Source of the DNA: Diadema antillarum
Taxonomy: Eukaryota
DNA: 64,000 bases
Assembly: GCF_040938485.1 (NCBI RefSeq)
Contig: NW_027271024.1
Span: 1,922,001 to 1,986,000 of the forward strand
Reading direction: 5' to 3'
Both the position numbers and the translations under genes were made by a program. Below are positions 1 to 32,417 of this stretch, piece by piece. Numbering within the stretch: the stretch's first letter is position 1; each line of letters opens with the position of its first letter. A model generated the notes under the pieces. The model saw only the letters and a program-made list of their open reading frames with translations. It was not told the DNA's origin and searched no databases.

Positions 1-113
1 AAACCTCACAAAATATTTGGTGTATACAGTACGTAGATGGGTGGATTGTTCAATGGCTGAATTAAAAGATGGCTGGATGAAGGGAAGCACATAAGAAAAA
101 CAAACAATATTAC

Positions 114-20268
<20,155 letters not shown>

Positions 20269-20546
20269 CGCTAATTCTTTCTACACTTCCGCTTCTTGAT
20301 TTCAGCTCAGAATTACACAGCTACGCGAATGGGAAACATCAGCAGGAATACTGAGAAATGTTCATCTCATCAGCTTGATGGAGACACGTCTTTTTGTCGA
20401 ATATCTGTCTGATCGATCGACACGATGTAAAAGTTTGTTGTCTTGTTTCACTTCTCTTACTAGGCAGCGTGAGCTGTACGATCGGTACCGGTACTACACT
20501 GCTGGGTACACGTACGTAGAGCACAGTCACAATCTTGTGTTCGAGA

Positions 20547-20562
20547 TTGGCGCGAGCGCGAA
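20547..20562. promoter_or_regulatory. Paired inverted E2F-like sites in the putative POLE promoter
   Basis: TTGGCGCG (+) next to GCGCGAA (TTCGCGC on -), about 280 bp upstream of the ATG; E2F control of S-phase genes is established, binding here is untested. Confidence 0.5.
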
Positions 20563-20666
20563 GTTATTTAGGGTTTACCGATAGAGGGCGACATTTTTTT
20601 ATTGCTGTACATTTCTATGGGATTGGGAATGTATGCTCAGCCGCCAGCTTGTCGTCCTGGGAAGGA

Positions 20667-20667
<1 letters not shown>

Positions 20668-20702
<35 letters not shown>

Positions 20703-20728
20703 GGGGGAGTGGGGGGTGGGGGGTGGGG
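20668..20728 (+). repeat. G34 homopolymer plus further G-tracts
   Basis: G run 20668-20701, then AGGGGGAGTGGGGGGTGGGGGGTGGGG. Confidence 0.9.
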
Positions 20729-20875
20729 ATCTTAAAAAAAACTAATTTTCATTCTTCTTTAAATTACTAACACTATTTATTTGACCTGAAGCTGTTTTCC
20801 TGCAACTGTTGAGATTAATTTTAAGGTAATTGAGAAGTGCAGTCAACATCGTGATCAAGTTTGATGCAATTTTAA

Positions 20876-21854
20876 CCCTATAAAGCCCAAGGGGGGGGGG
20901 GGGGGGCACATTGTGCCCCCCCTACCAGATTTTCATTTGCCACTCCTTCGCCCTTTATCCGATTTCAACCAAATTTGGTGACTTTTCCTAAGATCTTATT
21001 GCGAACATTTTGATATATAATTTAGCTATATTTGATGTTGCTGGTTGCCATGGTAACCATAAACTGACAACCATGTCAGTCAGATTTTGCATCTTTTTTC
21101 TGTTCCCATTTTATTTAACAGCATTACAGTGGATGAAATGGGTGTTTCTTGGCTGAAATTTGTTGAAGGAGCAAAATTTGAAGTAATTATGGTCCTGGAA
21201 AGTTTTTCTTATTATTTCCTTCGTTTTTATAAGACAAAGGCATAAAACAATACATATAGAGATAATTGAAAAAAATAATATTTTCTAAGGATTGCCCTTC
21301 TATTTTGTATTATTTTGATTCCCTCACCCAAGTTATGCCTCTAATATCATTAGTTTATCATATTATCAATTTGCAATCTTGAAATTCCACCATTATGCAA
21401 ATATGAAGTGTCATAACTATACATGTACCCATCCGAAACATTTCATCTCAGGTCTCATAATGTATTATTATGTTGACATGAATAGCGCCCCCATGTGGTG
21501 ACCTTGAGAAATTTCAACTGTAACAAATCATAAGATTCCTCTTGCTTATCATTTGTGACAAATATGAAAATGATTGGTCTATAATAAGACATATATAATG
21601 GGGATAAAGAAATTATACAGAAAAATCATGTTTTTAGCATATTTCCTATGTATTTCTTTATATTTTGGAAAATAGCGCCCTCCATGGGTGACCTTGAGAA
21701 AATTCAAATGCACGGTCATGTAGAGTATGAGTTACTCTACCCATGTGCTAAATATGACGATGATACATCAAATAATAAAAAAGTTATATAGGGGGGGCAC
21801 AATGTGCCCCCCCTTGGGCCTGCGAGGGGTCAAAATAGCTTGGGCTTAATAGGG
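20876..21854. mobile_element. 979-bp non-autonomous piggyBac-like element
   Basis: TTAA|CCCTATAAAGCCCAAG...CTTGGGCTTAATAGGG|TTAA (15/16 TIR), subterminal palindromes GGGGGGCACAWTGTGCCCCCC at both ends, internal direct repeat at about 21481 and 21671. Confidence 0.85.
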
Positions 21855-22339
21855 TTAACGTACAATGCATATTGAACTAGGCATGAATTAAAAAGCACAC
21901 ATGTAGTGCCATAGGACTATTGACGCAAACTTGAAGAGGTACTAATTGCGATCACCATTTTCCAATAATAATTATATTTTCACTTCTTATCGCATGTATT
22001 CCTCCATCACTCAAAAATGGTAATCTACCATTGATTCAAACTCAGTTAAATGATATCACTGAAAGTATAGTAGGCCTATTAAATTTCGGTCGATAATCAA
22101 GCAACTATATAAACCCATCCCCTCCCCCCCCCCCAAAAAAAAGTTATGATTGCCAGGTTATAATGGAAGGAACTGAGAGTTTGTTTGCAAAAACCGATAA
22201 GTCCATATTTGCCAAATGGAGATATTTGCGATTAAAGGTCAAGAAAAATAAAAAGAATACTAAGAAAATTTTGGCTTCTTTTGACCCCCCCCCCCCCCAA
22301 AAAAAAAGTTATGATTGCCAGGTTATAATGGAAGGAACT

Positions 22340-22585
22340 GAGAGTTTGTTTGCAAAAACCGATAAGTCCATATTTGCCAAATGGAGATATTTGCGATTAA
22401 AGGTCAAGAAAAATAAAAAGAATACTAAGAAAATTTTGGCTTCTTTTGACCATAACTTTTAAAATATACATGTATATGTAGTGACCAATATATCATTTAA
22501 AAGGTATCATTTTGTACTGTATGACAGAGATCGTACTTCAAAATCTTCAAAAATGGACTTATCGGTTTTTGCGAACAAACTCTTC
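22340..22585. mobile_element. Family A MITE, inverted copy, with 165-bp tandem duplication of its left end and flank
   Basis: Same TIRs as 62005-62251; 22125-22289 repeated immediately downstream. Confidence 0.8.
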
Positions 22586-22850
22586 AGGTAGTGACCTGAG
22601 ATGACAGACCACGGTGTGGGCAGCCCTGATTTACCAATGACCTAATAACATCAGGGCATAATCCACTTGATGATCCTCCCCTCCAGGATTTCGCACTTCG
22701 TATCAAAAGTAGAATGTCCAGTACTTTTTTAAGATTATCCATTTTGTCATTCCACTTCCACACTCACAACTATATACTCTTCTCCACCACCTCCTCTTTT
22801 CTTTTCACTTAGCTCGTCTCTTGACTCTCTCCGCAGTCCTTTTCAGAAGT

Positions 22851-23178
22851 CAGGGCCGGCGGAACGGGGAGGGGGAGGGGGGGGGGGGCTCAGTCCCCCC
22901 CCCCCCCCACACACACACACACTTTTTGCACCCTTACATAATAGTGCCACCTTATTGGACCCCTACTCTTTTCTTTTCTTTTTTACCCCGGAAGTGACAG
23001 TAGAAAAAGAATCTAATGAAACATTTGAGCGCGGTAAGGCCGTTGTTTTCGCATTGAGGACCTTTTTTTTTTCGCTTGCAGCTGAAGAAACCCGTAAGTG
23101 GAGTGAGAGAGTGAGATGCACCGAAGTCCGGAAGTGCATCCCCCCGCCCCCCATTTTGAAAACTTGGCACCGGCCATG
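22851..23178. mobile_element. hAT-like CAGGGCCGG-ended MITE
   Basis: CAGGGCCGGCG...CACCGGCCATG imperfect TIRs, G/C homopolymer subtermini; no 8-bp TSD recognisable. Confidence 0.5.
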
Positions 23179-23228
23179 GAACCCATGCACCATGGTGTTA
23201 ACTGCAAGCAAACCTCTTCCTACGCCAA

Positions 23229-23811
23229 AGGACAAGTCCACCTTCATTTCAATGTGGATTGAGTAAACGTAGCAATATTAGCATAACATTATCAGTGAAA
23301 GTTGGGAAATAATCGGACAATCCGTTCAGAAGTTACGATTCTTTTTCAATATCTGCGCAGTCACTGCTGGATGAGAAGACTACTGTAACTACAGTGTATT
23401 ATATGATCTCACATATAAAAGAACGATATAGGGTAAATAATGAGGAATTTCACAAAATCTTTTTTTTTTTTTAAGTGCATATAGGCCCTATTTCCTCGAC
23501 TTGTCACCATGCAGGTAATGCATTACCCCTGCCTTCTGAAAGAGGCAAGACAAGTGTTCGTTTATTATGCGAGAAAAGTGAAAATAATCAAATATGATGA
23601 ATTTTCTTTATATTTCCTGATTATCGTTCTACACAATCGTCATGTGACATCACAGGTTGTAGTGGTCTTCTCGTCCAGCAGTGACTGAACAGAAACTTCA
23701 AAATTTCATAACTTTTGAGCGGATTGTCTGATTTTTCTCAAACTCTCACTGATGTGTTCTACCAAAATTGCTGCATTCACTCAGTCCACAATGAAGGTGA
23801 ATTATTGTCCT
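23229..23811. mobile_element. Kolobok-like family K2 MITE, older copy
   Basis: Full-length homology to 33686-34254; ends GTCCT|TTAA; left TSD decayed. Confidence 0.8.
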
Positions 23812-26089
23812 TTAATCTCTCCACCATAATATAAATATTAAGCAAAAGTATAAGGAGCTATGAGGCCACCGCACACTATACGACTTTCAGTCGCACGACT
23901 AAGCGACTTTGGCTTTGAAACAAACAAGTATAATTATTCTAAGGCTATATTGTTTTTCATTTCGGATCCAAAATCTCTAAGTTTGTGCGACTAAAGCTTG
24001 TAGTGTGCGAGGCCTTTAGGACTATCCACAAGGCCATTTCACCTTCACATCACACCGTTTTACAGCATAAGAATACGAAGACAATGTCATACTCTCCCTT
24101 CTTTACATTTTTTTCTTTTTACTCCCCAATCTCTACTAGCTACTGTCCTTTTCAGGACTTTTAGTCACGTGTTGTATACAAACCTTTCCCAGTGACTCAC
24201 CACCATGCAAACCATGAATATCATTATCATGGAGGACATAAACATGTTTTATTCAACACTATATATCGCAAAATTGCAATGCCAGTGAGAGTCACTGCAC
24301 TTTCGAATTCTAGGTACTCCAGTATTCCCCGGAGGAAGAAGGATCACTGTTTATTCCGTCAATACCACGTCATCATGAATATTGTAAATCTATAAATAAT
24401 CTGCAGCGCTTCACTTAGTAGATGAATGCAGGTCGTATTAGTATGGTTTTTGTTGTCAACATGGAATCAGTAAATATGCTTCCATATTATAATCTATGAG
24501 AGGAATCTCAATGATTCTTTGTATCATGGAGCAGAGATAAAATTTTGAAGTAAATGTACTGGTATTTATGATTATTCATAACTTGAGGCTGACCACTGTC
24601 GTGTAGTTGACCAGTAGAATCTCATATCTAGTTCTATTACCATGATTACAAATATTTTTTACCGCTTCTCCACTATGTATTATTACAATAATTATATATT
24701 CTTAATCTAAGATAACATTCAACAATTTCTGACCGTCACGACGTAATTTTGTACGGCCCATTGACCAAGCTCGTGTGAACATACAATGAAATAATATGCG
24801 ATATGCGCGCCCCGCGGGGATATGTTTATTTCCAGCAAACGTATTTCATGATCATCTCATCGCGCTGTATATGGATCGTCTGTGGATTAACTCAGAGAAA
24901 CTATTGATGTAATCTACTTTTTTCCCTTTTTTTTCCCAAAGCGCAATACTTTCATTCCATTTCCCCTTTTTCCTCAACTTAAAAATCAACAGTGAGATAA
25001 AAGACAAACATATCGTATGCCGACAAAATAATAATATCTGACGAATCGAAAGCAAAGCTATAGATTATTGTTATTTTCCTTTTCAAGCAAATGATAATCA
25101 TTCCACTCATACTGCAACAGACTTGTCAAGGAACTTTATTGTGTTTGTTTTTTCCCCTCTTGTATACATAGTTACCACAGTGTGTCTAAGTATTCGGTCA
25201 AGCATATCGTTTCAAACAGGCATCTATCCAAGACATTGACACCACGTCTAAAGTTTGTTCCAATACAATATCCCATTTTCCATCTTTTATTTTCAATCGT
25301 ATTGCCCAAAGTCGTGGCACTGACATATTTCTATATAAAATGAGAATGATTTGTTCAGACATCTCGTGCATCTGTGAGAATACCTTAAAAGGAGACTGTA
25401 CTGACATTTTCTAATTGTCTGATAATTCTAATCTACATTTTTGATTCCTACTACTGGAAAGAGAGGATTCTAAAACCAGGATAAGCCTGTAATGATTTTT
25501 TTTTTGAAAAAAAAAATGAAAACGAGCAAGCCATGGAACGATCCACACAATCTGGCCTACGTCACAGGTGCTCGGTGGTGCACAACTCCGACTTTAGCAA
25601 GTCGACGAACTACATTTTGTCAATTTACTGATGAAATCGCACACGGAGTACTGCAAAAGCTATTACGTATATAATTGCAATATTGAGCTGAAATAAACAT
25701 GTTAAACAATATCTATTAAGTTTTAAAAGCAATCTCTTCAAAAGCTTTTTATTTAATAAAACTTGTAGGGAAACTTCCAGATATATGCAAAATGAAATTG
25801 GCATCGTTGTCGAAACGTGCTGCCCATAGAAGACTGTGTGCAAGTAACGTTACACTAACTATGCATGGCACATTGAGCGATACATGGTTACGTTCGACAG
25901 TTCAAACCTGGTTCAAACTATCTAACGTAGATGAGGGCTGAGTGATTTTTAAAAATCTAAATCCAAATAGTCTCTCTTCAACGGCACGCACGATTTACGC
26001 CTATAGTTAGATGAAAACGGCACCCAGTACACATAGACTCTGATAGACTAGAACTAGGACTAGGACTATTGAGCAGTCAAGGAGTAAGT

Positions 26090-26560
26090 TCAATTAAATT
26101 CAATTCATTTATTTTAATTGTTATTTTTTCTTTCAACAAAAACATAACGCAAGATAAATCAGGTATTATACATCATAAACAGAAAACATTTGCCTTTGCA
26201 ATATATAAATGATATCGATAAACATAAGAGCGCATACTGGCAAAAAAAAAAATAATAATACAAAGTCATGCTTCAGTTGAAAAAAAAAAGGAAGAAAGAA
26301 TAGAGAAGTCCACTAGAAAGCAAAGCTTGTAGATTGTGAGCCACTCATAAAACTTATGAATTACTTATTTACAAACACTTGTGATAAATATGATATACGA
26401 CAGGACGGGACAAAACAGAAGAAACACAACAACATGACACAACTTGCCAGAATAGATGAAAAGTATGGAAGGAAAGAAAGAAAAAGAGAGAATGAGAGAA
26501 TGCCTACACGCTGAGCAAGGGAAATGGAACAGGGGATGGTAGAGAATGTGCTTCATAGAG
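26090..26560 (-). mobile_element. LINE (CR1/L2/Crack-like) 3' UTR fragment
   Basis: Minus strand has TCTACAAGCTTTGCTTTCTAGTGG, similar to the 3' UTR of the LINE at 52985-54000, ending in AATAAA plus TGAAT repeats. Confidence 0.45.
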
Positions 26561-27298
26561 TCGGCGCTGATTGCAGCTGTGCAAGGATTGTGATGGCTAC
26601 TTCTTTACGTAATAATTCTATGTGGCTGGCAGTCCAAGTTTTGATGAATACACTCACTCGCCGTCGACAGTGTGCACAGCGCTAATACCCAAACTCGGGA
26701 ACCTACAGTTTTACAAGCGTTACTGCTTTTATGTAGGCCTCATCATGCAATGTATTTCTGTTATTTCCTTGTGGCACTTCACATCATGATATGACCATAA
26801 TAATATTCATTTGTGTTCAGTATGTTTTTCGTTTCAAGCAAAAGATATGGTTGAATATATTTTGTTTTCTTACTTCTTGTATTACTGTCAATCATTTTGA
26901 AATTTCATCGAGAAAGCGTTAATATGAAATAAATTTTAACTATTTTGAACTGAACCAATATCATTAGTTGCACTGGTTAGGCCTCAACAAAAAAAGGGGA
27001 AGTACGAATCATGTAAAATTAATTTACAAGAACACCATGCAAAACACATTATTAAACCGACAGTCAACAATGATCTGAAGAACTCACGAGGAAAGTAACC
27101 GGAAGGGAAAAGGTAACTTTGAATTCCTTGTGACCAAGATCAAGACGTGCTCCCTCCAAGTAGTATAGATCATTGTGTGTTCTGCGTGTTGATTGGCAAA
27201 GATCGCACTGTCACGACTGTATAGCATCATCCCATTGTCTAGCTAGTAGGCTCCACACTTTGCAAAGTTCCTGACACAGACATCTTGTTCAAATAGGG

Positions 27299-28324
27299 TC
27301 AATGTAAACTGTGACTGTTCTGCTCCAGATCTGCTCCGTTAACTCTGCCACCATCGACCCATCTGAAAAAGGAGGGGAACATCTTCCTGAACGCCTTTCG
27401 GAATAAGGGGTTATGAACGCTGTAGATGAAGGGGTTCGCTGCCGAGCTGATATTCAGGAAGAAAAAGTTTACGTCGCTAGCGAGGACGTAAGCAAGAGGA
27501 CTTACACGAAAGAAATAATTGAAGGTAAACCAAACGCAAGTTGGGAATAAGCTGAGGCAAAAGATGACCACCAGTAGCAGGATGGCGCGTATTGCTTTCA
27601 CCTCTTGCTTGAGCTTTTGTCCCGGAGGAGGGACGCCCATTGGCGGGTGAGGAGCCGCCATCTGGATGCGGCGCGCTTGGGATTTGGCGATGACGAGAAT
27701 TCGGAGGTTGTTACCAATGACTACGAGGCTAAACACGACAATGAAACCACTGGTGACGAGGTCATGAACTTTGCCGGACGATTTCCTGTTCGGCTCAGGA
27801 GCGCAATACTCACTTACGGATTGGTCCTCGCTAGCGCCATAAGCAAACATGAAACCATACGTCAAACCGATCACCCACACCACAACAATCACCAAGACCA
27901 CTCGTCTGGATGTAACCATGGAGACGTATCGCAGGGGTCGAGTTATGGCGACATATCTGTCTGCATTTACCAACACGATGACCACAAAAGATACCCAACT
28001 GCAGATATAGGACCATATTGAGAAATACACTGCTGTTTCCACTGTGCAAGTTGCGTGACTTAGAAAAATTCTGCTGCAGATTTCTACAGGTATGGCAACC
28101 AGACCCGTCAAGAGATCCGCTAGGGCCAGACAAGCCAAGAGAAGGTAGCTTGGTTCGCTCAGCGTCGGTTCCCTCCGTATGGCGAGGATGACGAGAGCGT
28201 TGCCGGTTACAATGGCGATGGCGAGAGGTGTGAAAGCGATAATCATCAACGACCGATGAAGGTGGCTTTCGATCAGGGCAGATTCTAATAGTAATGGTAT
28301 TCTTGTGGCGTTAGAAGAATCCAT
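27299..28324 (-). CDS. Intronless class A (rhodopsin-like) orphan GPCR, copy 1 (341 aa)
   Basis: Seven hydrophobic segments; GNALV (TM1), LALADLL (TM2), TM3 Cys (HATC), NADRYVAITRPLRY, TM4 W, ECL2 Cys (EYC), NPFIY (TM7); N-terminal N-glycosylation sequon NAT. Confidence 0.95.
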   Translation of the reverse strand: MDSSNATRIPLLLESALIESHLHRSLMIIAFTPLAIAIVTGNALVILAIRREPTLSEPSYLLLACLALADLLTGLVAIPVEICSRIFLSHATCTVETAVYFSIWSYICSWVSFVVIVLVNADRYVAITRPLRYVSMVTSRRVVLVIVVVWVIGLTYGFMFAYGASEDQSVSEYCAPEPNRKSSGKVHDLVTSGFIVVFSLVVIGNNLRILVIAKSQARRIQMAAPHPPMGVPPPGQKLKQEVKAIRAILLLVVIFCLSLFPTCVWFTFNYFFRVSPLAYVLASDVNFFFLNISSAANPFIYSVHNPLFRKAFRKMFPSFFRWVDGGRVNGADLEQNSHSLH

Positions 28325-31300
28325 TTACCTCATTATTATTGTAGTACCAGTGAACACAACAGCTCTACGATTCAGGACTTGATCGGCCAATGTTCATTTT
28401 TTTTTTTTTTTTTGGTATTGCTGGCAGTGAAGTAACAACTGATCTAGAATATTAATGCTGTTTTTGTCCAAAATCAACTTTACTGGAATGCGTACTCTTT
28501 TAGTACTTAACCTTTTTCCAATCCAAACTTTTTGCCAATCCAAACTTGTTGTCACAAAAGAGTGATGCTGTGATTTAACCAACATCTACAGTATATCAGT
28601 GGTGATTATTATTATCTACCTTGTAGAAAAGAACATTCAAAGTGTTTCCCAGTGTGGGCCCTTTATGGACGCTCTGGCAAACAAGAAAGAGATCAGCCAG
28701 CTGTCAACAGTTGATAAATTATGTTTCCAAGAGATTTCCTCTATCATATCAATTGACACAGTGTTATTCACAAGTCACGCCTCTAGACAAGCGCTGAAGT
28801 TGATGGGCCTATATAGGCCTATTCCATATATTATAACAAAGTTATTTCAAATGATTGTAAAAAAGGTCACGAAATAACCCTATTGTCCGATTGGAGCAAA
28901 ACAAACTAAACATGTAAGATGTATTCGAACGAAAAGTCCGTACAAAACTGAGATCCAAAGCCTCGTGTCTGAAACAGTCCGGCCGACAAACCAAATGGCA
29001 TTTTATGGATATTCATCTGAAGCTGTGAATAGAATGGTCACGTTTGCGCCGTCGGTCCGCAGAATTGCCATTTTATAACTGCTCGGTCATCGCTTTTGGC
29101 AAAGTGTAGAAGTATAATGATATGAGAATAAGAATGAAAAGATGACCGGCTCCTATCATGCCTGACATCTTTCCAGGAAATAATATTCTGGCGAAACCAT
29201 TATTCATCAGTCTTTGGTCATAAGCTTTCATTTGCATAGTGTTGTCCATCGTTAACGGCTAAGAGACATTGTAACGAAAGGAGGTCGATCAAATTTTATG
29301 ATATGACATCGACCACGCTGGCTCTTGTCTGTAAAACATCATCAACCTATCAGAATACTTCTATCAGAGACCCTCATTATCTAATGCATTTTCTAGAACG
29401 CGTCCCCCGAACCACAAGCAATTTAGGACAGTACTATATTTATCAGAAGATATCAGCGTGGTTGATGTTGCGAGGCATAATAGCAACTATAATTTATACT
29501 GATGTATACAAATCATCATCATTACAGTAACTGAATTCCGCATAAGTTGAATTCGCGTGAGAAAAATCACATAAATCAAAACCAAAAAGATCCTCCCCAA
29601 GGATTTATAATTCATCGTGTATCGGAAGTTAAAGTACAAAAAAAGAATATATATTTGTTTATGATTTATTCATTGTTGCTTTTCCATTACTTAATGAAAT
29701 AGTAATAAATAAATGGTGACAAGAATGTAATATACATACATTATATATGTGTGTGTGTTTGGAGAGAGAGGGGGGGGGGGAGGGTTAGGGAGAGATGGAA
29801 GAGAAAGAATTCTTAGAATTGAACCCTCTCTCATTCATTCTATTTTCATTCATATAATTACACGAAAATAAGCAGTTTTTAGATTGTTTTGTTCAATCTA
29901 CCGAACCATGCACTCGTCTCGAAAGCCTAGCGTATACGCGAAAATAATTTCGCGCGTTTGAAATCTATTGATTGTTTCATTTTATAAAAGACTAAGAACG
30001 TCTTTCTTGATTCAAAGCAGCAAAAATTTGATAAAATCATAGTCACTATTTACATACAATTACATGAAATACTTTGTTTACGATGCAAATAACTAGGAAT
30101 GTTAAATGTATAATTTCTGTTATTCCAACGATGCAGTTTAGATTGACACAATTCCCTCACCTCTCTTACAAAGTAAAATGATTGATGGAAACTCATCTCT
30201 TAATAGAGGCAGTTGAACAAAGTAAGAGAAGAGAAGAAGAATAAACACAAAAATAATCAAGAAGTAGAAGAAAAAGAGGGGAAGGAGGAGAAGGGCATGG
30301 ACAAGAAAGACGAGAAGAAGAAGAACAAGAAGAAGAAGGTAGAAATAAAGATGGAGAAAATAGAAAATGAAAGTAGAGGGAGAAAACTTCCCTTGCAAGC
30401 CCGATTGACAATCTGGACAACGCCCTCGACGACAAGTGTGTGAACTGAGCACTGTATACTAGAAGTACGTCGTAATTATATTTACCGGATCTAAATTTTC
30501 GCGAATCGCGACATACCGAAAATTTCGCGAGTGGTTTAATTTGCGATCGTACTGCACTAAACGGAGAAATGTTTATGTGTGCGTCACATTCATACCGGGT
30601 TCAGAGTCATTATTTTCGCTTATCTTTAATTTCGCGAATAGCACCTGACTCGTGAAATTCGCAAAAATAAAATCCTCGCGAAATATTCGGCGTTTGCAGT
30701 GTACTCATGTGTGGAGTGGACTCGCTGATATCAACTCGGTATGTGTGTTAATTTGATTGGACAGAAGGAAGAGAGCTCTCATTAATCGAATTGATCCACC
30801 GGATTCTGAATTTTAATGCCCGAATAAATTTGGATGCATGAGCTGTGTGAATTTGAATGCCTATTCATGAATTCGAATGAGAAAAGTAGGCCAATATGAA
30901 ATTACCGTGAAAACCTAGGTTATAATGAAATGCAATTTATGGATTGGATACCCAACGTTACTCAGAGGATAGCCATTGCAAGATAATATTTATCAGCCTT
31001 ATGGCAATGTGAAAAATATGCCCCATCAACGAAATATGTATTTTATCCTTAAAAATAAAGATATTCTCCAACTACCTCAAACTGGATGATTTTTTGTTTA
31101 ATTTAACATTAAATGGAATGCCAGTAACTGCATTGCACCGTCGGATTCCAGATATTCCATAAACAGGAAGGAACACGGATTATTGGTTTTTTATACCATA
31201 ATAAGATGTTGTAAATTGGAAATTCATAATTCAACAGCAATTCACTTTTAGATGAAAGCAGAACGTGTGGCTAGCGTTTGCGGTCAGCAGAGAATAAAAA

Positions 31301-31548
31301 TTTCATGTTCTTCTCCTGTGTGAATTAAATTCCTCCATATTTTTTTTTTTTTTTTGGTTATAGGCAATTTAAAGTCTGCCATATGTTACGAATTTCAATG
31401 ATTTTCACATCGCGAAACACAAACAGGGACAAAATTATATATGAATAGCCCGTATTCATAGTCATCTATAACTCGAGGCAGTAGAATCTGATATTTGCTT
31501 TATTGCTTTTCTTAGGTATACAATTGATATCATTTATTTCACTTTTAA

Positions 31549-31931
31549 AGGGTGTGTACAGTTCTGGTTGAGGTGAAGATTTAGCTTTTAATGTTTTGTG
31601 AGATATTCAGAAACCACTCTATGAGACGTCAAAGAGCAAGCAGTTCTAAGGGGTATCAAAAGTTTATTCGATGAAAATCGGTTTTGAAATGGCTGAGATA
31701 TCCAAAAACAAGGTGAAACAAAGAGATACTAATAAAGTTGGGGCATGTCGCCTTTTATTATCAGCTCTTTTTTGGATATCTCAGCCATTTGAAAACCAAA
31801 TTTTATCAAGTAAACGTTGAATCCTTCTTAAAATTACATGCTCTTTCATATTTCATAAAAGGCTTTTCATTATCTCACTTAGGAATGTTCAAAACGTGAA
31901 TCCCTACCTTAACTAGTACTGTACAGTCCCT
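31549..31931. mobile_element. Kolobok-like family K1 MITE, inverted copy
   Basis: TTAA|AGGGTGTGTACAG...CTGTACAGTCCCT|TTAA; interior matches 4224-4613. Confidence 0.8.
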
Positions 31932-32257
31932 TTAATTCATTTTCCACATTTTACCCTTTACTTTCTGACTTCATAAGGATTTCATGAAACTTAAAGCACG
32001 TATAACTATGCTTACAAAATAATGTATTGCATTCATTTCAAGTTACTTTTCTTCGTGCTGTTGATTCAACTGTCGAACTTGATCAGAAACTCTAACAATT
32101 TTATCCACTATTTCCATATTCGATATTTCAACCATTCCATTCCATTCCCTTAGTTGGATAGAACCTAACGCAGTGAGTTAGAAGACAAACAAAGTGGCGC
32201 ACTTGTACATAAAATAATACAGTTGTACGTTTTTGCAAATTTAACGCAAAGTTTAAG

Positions 32258-32258
32258 T

Positions 32259-32308
<50 letters not shown>
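32258..32308. repeat. Compound (TC)n(AC)n microsatellite
   Basis: Directly visible; the TTTAAGTTCTC entry recurs at about 39320 and 48225 in paralogous units. Confidence 0.9.
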
Positions 32309-32309
<1 letters not shown>

Positions 32310-32417
32310 TTGTCATTCAAGCAAAAAGATAGCTTTTCAAGTACACTGCCTCAGACTTATTTGTCAAACAAAATATATTCTTTAATCTCAATGTACCAAA
32401 CCAATATTGTGTAAATT

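Noticed and set aside
20339-20735. Possible head-to-head partner gene of POLE (PXMP2 in vertebrates)
   Set aside because: Plus-strand ORFs here are short and resemble nothing I recognise; the region is followed by TEs.
22955-23266. GC-rich region with CCGGAAGT (ETS) motifs and 70-100 aa ORFs, possible divergent gene start
   Set aside because: Lies inside an hAT-like MITE and runs into a K2 element; no recognisable protein or exon chain follows.
27605-28133. Antisense and alternative-frame ORFs repeated inside each GPCR (e.g. MLELLSRRRDAH..., MSGPSGSLDG...)
   Set aside because: Shadows of the conserved GPCR codons; lengths and stops differ among copies.
30138-30452. Lys/Glu-rich and hydrophobic ORFs
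   Set aside because: Purine-rich (AAG/GAA) low-complexity DNA.
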